Shown here in pieces: positions 41,080 to 50,027 of a DNA stretch of 64,000 nucleotides; position 1 is the first letter of the stretch; each line of letters opens with the position of its first letter. The position numbers and the translations under genes are program-made. The DNA lies in the IMG/VR virus record IMGVR_UViG_3300048591_000147, positions 1 to 64,000 of that record; one strand, given 5' to 3'. Under the pieces are notes generated by a model. The model was not told the DNA's origin, did no database searches, and saw only the letters and a program-made list of their open reading frames with translations.

Positions 41080-41547
41080 ATGAACACAGTAAAAACGTCC
41101 ACAGTAAGGACCACTAAGGAATTATCAGTTATACAGCAGTATTTTGGAGATAAGATAGTTTCTGAAACATATCGTTATGATAACAAAACTCATAATGATG
41201 TTGGTCCAGCATTTCGTGGTTGGCATCCTAATGGTACTATTTCTCGTGAAGAATATTATCAATACGGAGTTAAAAATCGTGAGGGCGGTCCAGCTATTAC
41301 ACACTATAATGAGGATGGGTCAGTAATTCTCCAATCTTACTATAAAGATAATATGCTACATCGTCTGGACGGTCCCGCATTTGTTCGCTGGTATTCTGAT
41401 TCAGGTGAACTCGCACTCAAGGAATTCTATATTAATGGTAGGGAAATTTCTGAAGAAGATCTTCATAAAAGAAATGCCGTAAAACCATTAGAAGGAAAGA
41501 CGATGGTGATTGATGGTGTTGAATATAAGTTGGTGAGGGTTGATTAG
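41080..41547 (+). CDS. MORN-like HRxDGPA-repeat protein
   Basis: HNDVGPA, NREGGPA, HRLDGPA repeats; paralog of 63293..63910. Confidence 0.7.
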   Translation: MNTVKTSTVRTTKELSVIQQYFGDKIVSETYRYDNKTHNDVGPAFRGWHPNGTISREEYYQYGVKNREGGPAITHYNEDGSVILQSYYKDNMLHRLDGPAFVRWYSDSGELALKEFYINGREISEEDLHKRNAVKPLEGKTMVIDGVEYKLVRVD

Positions 41548-41551
41548 CAAT

Positions 41552-41804
41552 CATAAATAATAGTGATGTTGGGTAGCACCCAACTGATTTTAGGGAATCG
41601 CAAGTTAGCCTAAAAAAGAATGACAAAAATCTTGCCCAGAATTACCCACTCGGGGTAAACAGTCCTTATACCACGACTATAAACTGGATGCCAGCTATGG
41701 CGGAAATAGTATGGTAACCAGATCAATCCATTGACATTAAGGATGTCAAAAGAGTTTGAGCGATTCTGATCTATAATTAAGCCACTGTAACAGGTGGCTT
41801 TTTT
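41552..41804 (+). ncRNA. Candidate structured late ncRNA bounded by CATAAATA and a terminator
   Basis: At least six hairpins (see findings); terminator AAGCCAC..GTGGCTTTTTT at 41779..41804. Confidence 0.5.
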
Positions 41805-44142
41805 ATTGACCAATATTTTGTGCATGTGGTATGATACACGTAACGAGGATAATAAAATGACAACACAAGAACTGCTAGAAAATCCGAACCTTACATTAGA
41901 AATGTTAGAACAAAATCTAAAAATTGTAACCCGCGAAGATGCTATTTTAGTTGCTAAATTTATAAAAATGCATTTCGAAAAAATTGGTGCAATTTTTGGC
42001 AAGGCATTTGCAGAACTCGAAAAAGAATGAGCGTATATAAAGTCGGTGATTTAAGACTTGAAGACAAGTTTCTATGGTGGCCAATGCGTTACAATGGTCG
42101 CTGGCATTGGTGGAAGAAAGTCTGTATCATGAAGCAACTAACCTTGATAACCGTTAACGGTGGTCCCGGTACTATTTGGGTCACTATTAAAGTAATGGAA
42201 TTTCCGAAATAACACATAGGTCAAAGCAGATGGTCTTTAACATAAAACGAAAGCCTGAAGTAACACCAGATATCAATACAAAGCGATTTTATATCAAATT
42301 CGCTTGGTTCCCATTGCTATGGGATGACAAGATATATTGGCTGGAAACGTTATGCATCTCTGAAATATATAAATGTCGCAAAAAGATCAACGTGTATGGC
42401 GGCTATGACTATTATGTTAATGAATGGGAACGAATTAGCGTTTCCATATTGGAACCGAAATGAAAATTGAAAAACGTAATTTATATGAAATGTTGAAAAG
42501 AGCAATGTCCTATGAAATTCTAGGAACAATTGAAATTTTTGACGCTGGTCCATGTGCTGGCATCGCCATTCCCTATGATGATGAGTCTTATAAAGAATTT
42601 CTTAGCGATAATAGCGCTGAAGAGACTTGCTTGGGCCTTAAATTCATGATGGTTGTTAGACAATTTATTGAAAATCCAGCTAATGATATTTGTATAGTTC
42701 CCACACAGTGGCCTTGCACTTCATTGATTCCGCCAGAAGATTACAATACCTACATAAAGATTAATTGTATTGAATATGCACTGGACGAGGATCAAGCTGA
42801 TGAGTATCATAGGCTGATTCGTGAAACGAACGCCATTAAGGCTGGACAGTATCTTGTACAGGTGCTTTCAATTCCATTAGTAACAGCGGTCGCCTTTGCA
42901 AAGAACAATAGATATTTACCGTATAGAGGACTAAAATGACCGAAATTCTTACAAGAGTTGACAGATACTGTGTAGAAAAATTATGCGCCAATTGTTATGT
43001 TGGTACTATGATTTTTACTGGGCATATTGTTGGAGAGGTTTTTCGGAGAACCGCGTGACATATATCAACACGCCTGTGTCGAGTGTAGTTATTGCGAGAT
43101 GTATCCGACAAAGTATCCAACCTTCAAAGACATTAAGATACAGTGACCCATAATGAAACTCCGTAAAGAATATTTACATCGCATATTAAGTGACGCATTA
43201 TCTTATGAAATTATAAGATATGTTGACATGACATGTGGGGGCGCGCATTCTGGTGGCATACACGGCTATGATGTTCGGATCAAATTTGATGATTTAGAGG
43301 CTAGACTAGCCCGCAAATTTATAGGGAATATTCGCGAATTTTTGAAAGATAATGAACTGAGTCTGATCGAACCAGAAAGAACTGATTATAACTATAACGA
43401 ACGTGTTGAAATAGATGACGTCCCATATGTTATAACAGAAGACCAGTTATACGAGTATCGCAGACTTATGCAGGAATCAAATGCTATTAATGCGGCGAAA
43501 TACCTATCTAAAATATTTTCATTACCGTTATCAGTAACATATCCGTTTGCAAAAAATAATACACAACTGAAAACGTTATACGAATAAGAGCAGTCATGAA
43601 ATTCAATATACCAAAACGTGGTGACAAACGAGTTATAAAACATTTTTGTTTATTGCCCAGAACGGTGAACAACGTGAGATATTGGCTAAAATATATTAAT
43701 ATCTCGCAGACCTATGAAATTTGTTATGATTTGATATATGATTATGTCATATTTGATTCTGTGCCAGTGTGTTATGATGGTTGGGTTGATAAAGAAGTCA
43801 TAGAAAATGAAACAGTGTAAATGTAAACATTGCCAAGCGAAGCTGACAATGGAAGAAGTGAACACATTAAGTGTGATATTTCTGCATCGGGAAAGTATTC
43901 CAGCGGACTACGCTTTACACTATATCAAAAAATATAATCTGAGTGACTATGTTAGAGAACTGTGTACCTTAGCTGCAAAGAAAGAATACCCTAAAGGCAA
44001 ATGCGGCTTAGATTTCTTCAAATTTTATGAAGCATGGGTCGCTAACTGTCGTAGGATTGCGGATGAAAATGCGTTGACTGCAAAGATCAATGACAAGATT
44101 GACAAGATGAAAGAAGCTCACTATAATAGTCGAAAGAATTAA
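41794..44142 (+). CDS. Run of small hypothetical ORFs (about 41855, 42027, 42230, 42460, 43153, 43596, 43807)
   Basis: Packed ORFs; 42460 and 43153 paralogous; 42027, 42230, 43596 paralogous. Confidence 0.5.
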
Positions 44143-44149
44143 AGAGCGC

Positions 44150-44284
44150 CGTTGTGGAAAGTACGATGTTATGACGTACACGACCAAGAGGGGTTACAGT
44201 AGGTGTGTCTTGGCCTCAATCATTCGTGGGAATGGTGAAGGGGACTGTAACAGATGGAGAAAGCTAGAACTATCCACCACAACG
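44150..44284 (+). ncRNA. Candidate pseudoknotted ncRNA
   Basis: 8-bp closing helix CGTTGTGG/CCACAACG; crossing helices CCAAGA/TCTTGG and GTTACAGT/ACTGTAAC. Confidence 0.55.
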
Positions 44285-44308
44285 TTAAATTATAACTAAG
44301 AGAAAAAT

Positions 44309-44854
44309 ATGAATAATTACTTCAAGATCCATAAGCTTACAGATGACAGAAAAGAAATGTTAAAGTCGTTCGGAACGTTGTCGCATATTAATGCGGAGTT
44401 TGTTAAAAACGTGAATAAGTATGATGAATATGTCGATCCGAAATCAGTTGTAGATTTTATCGCACAGATGAAACTTGAAGGTAAGTATTGTGTCTTCGTA
44501 GCGTCAAAGAAAACTGGCACAGAGCGTTTTCTTTCGTGGGAAGAGATCGAAGAGAAAGTAATTAGTAAGCGTGATTCTATCTTAGAAGAAGGTAGAATCA
44601 AATTGGACAAGATTGTGCTTGATCTCAATCAACAGATAATGAACCTTGATGAAAATTATGTACATGCCAATAAGACGTCCCTGTCTTGGAAGCTAGTTTA
44701 TGAGGCTCAGGCGGAAGCGGAGTTCTTACAGGTACATAAGAAGCTTGTACAGCATCAAAAAGAATATGCGAATGGTGATTTCCACCTACATGTGGATGGA
44801 TTTCATAATAATAGGGTCTACCATTACGTTTCGGCGGATGATTTTGTGCTATGA
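44309..44854 (+). CDS. Hypothetical protein
   Basis: ORF track. Confidence 0.55.
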   Translation: MNNYFKIHKLTDDRKEMLKSFGTLSHINAEFVKNVNKYDEYVDPKSVVDFIAQMKLEGKYCVFVASKKTGTERFLSWEEIEEKVISKRDSILEEGRIKLDKIVLDLNQQIMNLDENYVHANKTSLSWKLVYEAQAEAEFLQVHKKLVQHQKEYANGDFHLHVDGFHNNRVYHYVSADDFVL

Positions 44855-45810
44855 AATTAATTCTAAACGATAAACTAACCAAAGCTGAAAAGATATACGA
44901 ATATTCGTTGGGAGATATCATTCGGTCAAATATGACCAAGGTATTGAAACCTGATGAAAAATATCAATTCTTCTATCAGTTTCCTAAAACAAAATTACAT
45001 AATGCGGGGTTTTTGGGCTTTTTGAGCCATGCCTATTCGAATCATGTGAATGTATCTATCTCACCATACGATATCTGGATTGTGATTATTAGTGAAGTGT
45101 CCAAATTTATTGTAGATAAGCCGGAACCATTTAGAGGTTTGTTCACTGATTCTGCCGAAAAGAAAGAAATTTTAGTTCCAACGGATAGTGAATATGAGAT
45201 GCCGATGGATTTATTATCAGAGGCTTTATCGAAGAGCATTAATTTTGATGCGTCTATCCTCTTTCCAGAATTATCAATTGAGAGCGACGAAGCTGTTGGA
45301 ATGATTCAGGCTTTATTTTGTGAAATGGCGTCACCGTATTATTCGTACTCAATGTTTATGTGTGGTCTGCCAGAGATAAAAGTTCTAGGCACCGTAGACG
45401 ATTGGAAAAATATTAGCACGAACTTTGATAAGCTTTTCGAATTACTTGGCAAGTGCTATAATTTTAAGAATTATCCGGTAAGAGTTAAAATAATTCTAGA
45501 CAATATAGTTAACTCATTTGAATCTAGTATGGCGGATAGAATTTCTTTTTGGAAGGACATTTTCACACAAAAGAACGTTGGATCTGGTGGTCAATTAGAG
45601 GTAAACGGTTGGATTACTCATTTCCTAATTGTACAGGAAAAGCCACTAAAGCTTGAAAACTTTACCAACACCATTGGTTATGTCAGATATAAAAATGTGT
45701 CATCTGGTAATAGCTATATAAGTGTTCACGGCGGGTTCGATTACGATCTTGACGAGGAAGACTTTGCGGTGCTAAGATACTCTAAGTACATAGCGATGAA
45801 GCAGCCATGA
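44851..45810 (+). CDS. DUF4419-like protein
   Basis: AYSNH..V.ISP.DIW.VI, YYSY.MF.CGLPEI...GTVDDW, GWI..F. Confidence 0.7.
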   Translation: MKLILNDKLTKAEKIYEYSLGDIIRSNMTKVLKPDEKYQFFYQFPKTKLHNAGFLGFLSHAYSNHVNVSISPYDIWIVIISEVSKFIVDKPEPFRGLFTDSAEKKEILVPTDSEYEMPMDLLSEALSKSINFDASILFPELSIESDEAVGMIQALFCEMASPYYSYSMFMCGLPEIKVLGTVDDWKNISTNFDKLFELLGKCYNFKNYPVRVKIILDNIVNSFESSMADRISFWKDIFTQKNVGSGGQLEVNGWITHFLIVQEKPLKLENFTNTIGYVRYKNVSSGNSYISVHGGFDYDLDEEDFAVLRYSKYIAMKQP

Positions 45811-46275
45811 AAGAAGTATTTGTTGTAACAACTGAAATTGCGACCGATGACGGATACAAATATAAAGTTGAAGGCGTAAGATCAACAATGCAATTGGCCA
45901 GAGAACTTAAAAAGTTAGCTGGTCGCAAACGCCAAGTTACAGATGTAATGATAGAATGTTTCCAAGTTGATGAAGAGTCTTGACAAGAAGTTGGGTGCCA
46001 GTTACCATAGTACAACTTAAAACAGACAGTATCGGAGCATTCAGATGCAATGGAAGCGACCAAAACCACCAGCAGTAGGCGAAGAAAGAAACATATACAA
46101 ATTCTGCTTTTTTCCTACAACGATTGATGATACAACTTATTGGTTGGAGTGGATTAGAGTAGTACAAAAATTTACTAGTTGTAAATTCAGCGAACCAAGA
46201 TGGGTAATTGTGCGAGTCCTGCGATAAAGTGTTGACAAGAGTTAGTGCATCAGTTACCATAGCACAACTTAGAAA

Positions 46276-46380
46276 TTCGGTGATCTCACACCGAACCCCG
46301 GTCAAGGGGTGAATTGACCAGTCTATTTTGGGTGACTTAAAACGACCCGATCACGTCAGGCACATTATGACTTAATAGAT
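46276..46380 (+). promoter_or_regulatory. Structured 5' leader with alternative pairings upstream of ORF 46399
   Basis: TTCGGTG/CACCGAA; CCCC-GGTCAA-GGGG versus GGTCAA/TTGACC; GTCTATT/AATAGAT multiloop; follows promoter at 46232. Confidence 0.45.
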
Positions 46381-46398
46381 GCCATAGCTTGAGCAACT

Positions 46399-47364
46399 AT
46401 GTGGACCTCGAAATCCACGAAGGAATTGAGAAATCCTGCTCAAAAATTATTAGGATCTGGCATGACTAAAGATGCGACCGAAGTTAGATGGATTGTTAAA
46501 TATGGTCCAGAATTAGAATGTGACAGAGAACAGAAGGTGGTGTATGATGAAAAATCCGCCATGGCACTATTTAAGAAGTACCAAGACAAGAATTTTCACG
46601 TAGATGTTTACAAACAATCTACAAAGATTGTAACAGAAAAGTTAACATAATACAGAGATAATATAAAAATGTACCCAGATAAGTTCGTTAGTAAGCCGGA
46701 AGAAATTCCATTAGAAGAACACTTTGCAATTTTTGAAGCTGCGTCTTACTACACTGAAGGGTATGATAAGGGCGATTCGGGAACAAATACGCCGTTTGTG
46801 CAGTATAGAGCGTATTTGACCAAAGAAACTCTTCTTGAGGGTATCAGACAAAGTGAATCTAGTGGATACGGTAAGAAATCTTATAAGGTGTGTAAAATCA
46901 TTCCAATGAGAATTGAAATCAGTATTGATGTTGCTGTACGATAAACGGAGTTACATGCAATGCAAAAGAAGAAACCGCATGAATTAAAAGAGACTGACAT
47001 CATTATTTACATTCAGGCTGCTATGGGTGTAAAGATATATAAAATCCTATCAATTGATAGGGTGTGGATGCAGATAAAGAATCAGTTTAATGCGTATCCG
47101 AAGGTGAGTAAGGCTATAGACTGGAATGGTTTACCACCATCCGCGAGAGCCAGATCAAAGACATTGTATAGGGATGAATACATCACTATTAATGATGAAT
47201 ACGCAGCGTTATGTGAGTTGAACAAGTTGAATGTCGATAACAATGAAAATGTGGCTCGACAAAACTTGCAGAACATGATACAATCGGTTAAAAGAGAATT
47301 ATACCCTGACGGATGGATTGAAGATTACGCAGAGTATAAAGCTAAAAGAGATGGTGCGCGATAA
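46399..47364 (+). CDS. Hypothetical ORFs 46399..46650, 46669..46944, 46960..47364
   Basis: ORF track. Confidence 0.5.
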
Positions 47365-47429
47365 AAACATGTTGCAGATTCTTTGAGTGTGTGATACCAT
47401 ATATACAAGATGTAGGAAATAAAAATTAC

Positions 47430-47503
47430 GGGACTGTCTTCTAACTGGCGAAGAATCCTCACTGTCGATGAGTATAATGTGGGTTCGAATCCCATCAGTC
47501 CCG
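47430..47503 (+). tRNA. tRNA-Asp(GTC)
   Basis: GGGACTG/CAGTCCC, CTGTCGA loop, G73; CCA not encoded. Confidence 0.85.
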
Positions 47504-47536
47504 CATAAATAGAGAATATCAATATGAGAATTCTCT

Positions 47537-48187
47537 ATGTTTTATACGGTTTATAAAATAACAAACATAAAAAATAATATGGTTTATGTAGGTGTCCATA
47601 AAACACTTGATTTAAATGATAATTATTTTGGGTCTGGACAGTATCTACGTGCCGCTATCAAAAAGTATGGAATATCAATCTTCACAAAGAAGATATTAGC
47701 AGTATTTGATACTCCCGAAGAAATGTTTAACATGGAGCGAAAAATAGTAACTGAGGAATTTGTAAAATCTAAAAATACGTATAACCTTGGAATAGGTGGG
47801 TCTGGTGGTAATAGAGTAGGTAAAGATCATCATACCCATTCGCTCTCCAATATGACAAGCATGTCAGAAAAAGCAAAGGCATCTTGGAATGATGTGACTT
47901 CAAGGGGGGAGAGGGTGAAAAAGTTAGCTACCAGAAATAGTAAGCTACATAAAATTGGCATACTTAAAAGACCTGATTGGACAGGCAGAAAACATAAAGA
48001 AAGTACAAAGCAGAAAATTTCTGAGAAAAATTCTAAAAATAGAACTGGTGAAGCAAACCATAGATTTGGTAAATGCTGGATAACAGATGGTACGATAAAT
48101 CGATCCGTATGTAAGGAAGCGGAATTACCAGATGGTTGGAGATATGGTAGAGTAATGAAAACGAACATAGTTGACAACACTAAATAA
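47537..48187 (+). CDS. GIY-YIG homing endonuclease (Seg-like)
   Basis: TVYKITNIKNNMVYVGVH..YFGSG; KHKESTK.KIS; CATAAATA upstream. Confidence 0.9.
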   Translation: MFYTVYKITNIKNNMVYVGVHKTLDLNDNYFGSGQYLRAAIKKYGISIFTKKILAVFDTPEEMFNMERKIVTEEFVKSKNTYNLGIGGSGGNRVGKDHHTHSLSNMTSMSEKAKASWNDVTSRGERVKKLATRNSKLHKIGILKRPDWTGRKHKESTKQKISEKNSKNRTGEANHRFGKCWITDGTINRSVCKEAELPDGWRYGRVMKTNIVDNTK

Positions 48188-48212
48188 GTTGTGTATGATA
48201 CAAAATAAAAAT

Positions 48213-48315
48213 GGGAACCTCGTATAAAGTGTGAGCAAGTGCATTAACCTCACATTTGGAATTATGGACAGCGTAATAACTGTCAGATTATGGTTCGAAT
48301 CCATGGGTCCCGCCA
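48213..48315 (+). ncRNA. tRNA-like RNA: acceptor stem, T arm and CCA with two non-canonical internal hairpins
   Basis: GGGAACC/GGGTCCC-G-CCA; ATGG-TTCGAAT-CCAT; TGTGAG/CTCACA; GACAG-8nt-CTGTC. Confidence 0.6.
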
Positions 48316-48335
48316 AAGTATAAATAAAGTAATAT

Positions 48336-48411
48336 GGGTTATTAGTGTAATCAGGCCGCACGCGAGTCTCCAAAACTCTTAGTCTGGGTTCAAATCCTAG
48401 ATAGCCCGCCA
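48336..48411 (+). tRNA. tRNA-Trp(CCA)
   Basis: GGGTTAT/ATAGCCC, CTCCAAA loop, G73, CCA. Confidence 0.88.
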
Positions 48412-48433
48412 TATAATGTAATAAAAGATAAGT

Positions 48434-48512
48434 GAGCGGTTGGCGGAACGGTAGACGCAGATGGCCTAAAAAACTGTCTCCTTAGTGGTTCGAATCCACT
48501 ACAGGCTCACCA
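48434..48512 (+). pseudogene. Degenerate Leu-like tRNA
   Basis: Leu-type D arm GCG-GAACGGTAGA-CGC, T arm and CCA, but 9-nt anticodon loop CCTAAAAAA, mismatched acceptor, no long V arm. Confidence 0.5.
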
Positions 48513-48531
48513 GAATAATGTAATAGTATAA

Positions 48532-48653
48532 TGGCATGTAGCTTAGAGGCAGAGCGAGTGACTGTGGAAGGAAACGTCAAGGCGTTGATCAGTTCGAATC
48601 TGATAACTTCAAAAGTAATCACTAGGTCGTAGGTTCGATCCCTACCTTGCCAG
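48532..48653 (+). tRNA. tRNA (Asn-like body) interrupted by a 50-nt structured insert in the anticodon loop
   Basis: AGTGA-CTGT[48566..48615]TAA-TCACT; G73; removing 50 nt gives a standard 72-nt tRNA-Asn(GTT). Confidence 0.8.
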
Positions 48654-48667
48654 CATAAAATTTAAAT

Positions 48668-48806
48668 GTCTCTTTGGCCGAGTGGACTATGGCAACAGGC
48701 TGTGGGTGTAAGAGTAAAGGCTCTGATCAGTTCGAATCTGAAATCACCGAAAGTAACCTGTCAGATGAAAATCTAATCACTGGTTCGAATCCAGTAGGGG
48801 ACTCCA
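48668..48806 (+). tRNA. Long-V-arm tRNA interrupted by a homologous 50-nt insert
   Basis: ACAGG-CTGT[48704..48753]TAA-CCTGT; 17-nt V arm; U73; CCA. Confidence 0.78.
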
Positions 48807-48861
48807 ATATTTTTTAGGACACGACATACATAAATAACATGTATATACAGAGTGTCCTAAA

Positions 48862-49767
48862 ATGAAAAATAACATAACAAACGATATTGAGCTTTTCAAG
48901 CAGATAGTTCTTAAAAGTAAGAGCATAAGACAGGTTTTAAAATTTTTTAACATCTCATCAAATTCTGCTAGATATTTTACAGCCTTCCATGATCTCGTTA
49001 AATTATATGACATTGATATAAATCATTTCATTGCTTATAAAAGACTAATTGTACCAACAGACTTCGATTGGGGGCGGGTTAACTCTATAAAAGATGCCGC
49101 AGAACAATTAAAATTGATCGAACCGGAAGCCAAGCTATGTTCAACGTGGTATGGAAAAATTAAACAATACATTAACAATAATAATGTTGATGTGTCACAC
49201 TTCAACTACAATGGCAGATATAGAAATTTAAATAGAAGATATAATCATGATGATATCTTCATAGAAGACTCCATGGTATCTAAACAAACATTAAAGGCAA
49301 GATATTCAGCGCTGCGTTCAGACAATATCAGATGTGATATGAGCGATTGCATCATATCCGATAATTGGTTAGGTCGTCAGATCACATTACATCTGGACCA
49401 TATTGATGGTAATAATAGAAATAATTGTTTAACAAATTTACGCTTCTTGTGCCCGAACTGTCACAGCCAAACGTCCACATATGCTGGAAGAAACTTAAAG
49501 TTACACTCTAAAAAGCCAGAATATAAAAGAAAATACGTACCAAAACCAAAAAAGCAAAAAACTGAAAATATTATACCGCGTGAGAAGTACAAAAGGCCAG
49601 AACAGTTCACCGTAGATAAAGATGCGTTACAATCATTGATCATGACTAATTCCATGGTGGAGGTTGCAAAACTCTTCAAAGTGTCGGATAATGCGATTAG
49701 AAAGAGATGCAAGAAATTGGGCATTGATTTGTCGCTTTCTAAAAATAAAAGGACTTCAAAAATATGA
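48862..49767 (+). CDS. HNH homing endonuclease with C-terminal HTH
   Basis: LHLDHIDGNNRNNCLTNLRFLCPNCH; SMVEVAKLFKVSDNAIRKRC; late box within 11-bp hairpin 48812..48862. Confidence 0.9.
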   Translation: MKNNITNDIELFKQIVLKSKSIRQVLKFFNISSNSARYFTAFHDLVKLYDIDINHFIAYKRLIVPTDFDWGRVNSIKDAAEQLKLIEPEAKLCSTWYGKIKQYINNNNVDVSHFNYNGRYRNLNRRYNHDDIFIEDSMVSKQTLKARYSALRSDNIRCDMSDCIISDNWLGRQITLHLDHIDGNNRNNCLTNLRFLCPNCHSQTSTYAGRNLKLHSKKPEYKRKYVPKPKKQKTENIIPREKYKRPEQFTVDKDALQSLIMTNSMVEVAKLFKVSDNAIRKRCKKLGIDLSLSKNKRTSKI

Positions 49768-50027
49768 AATTCCCACCGTGGCAATCTATGGAAAACGCTC
49801 CCAAGGATAGAGATATTCTTATGGTGTGGCAATTTACTCACTCTACCGATCCGCGCCACAATTGTAAGCAAATTGGCATAAGTTGGTTCAACGGTGTCTT
49901 TGAAGAGCATCATCCGGGTAGTGGATTCTGGAATGGTTATGTTGTCGGTGGACATATTACAACCAGATCAAATAACTATAAACCAATCGCATGGATGGAA
50001 CTTCCACCAATTGATATAGAACAATGA
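49764..50027 (+). CDS. DUF551-like protein (paralog 52460..52747)
   Basis: WQSMENAPKD...P.AWMELP. Confidence 0.6.
   Translation: MKFPPWQSMENAPKDRDILMVWQFTHSTDPRHNCKQIGISWFNGVFEEHHPGSGFWNGYVVGGHITTRSNNYKPIAWMELPPIDIEQ

Noticed and set aside
41610-42002. Minus-strand 130-aa ORF
   Set aside because: Antisense to a structured RNA, terminator, promoter and a + strand gene in an otherwise + strand region; no motif
48213-48315. tmRNA
   Set aside because: No G3-U70 pair, G rather than A discriminator, no tag reading frame, too short
48566-48753. Group I or group II self-splicing introns in the tRNAs
   Set aside because: 50 nt cannot hold the catalytic core; only the U-before/G-last boundary resembles group I
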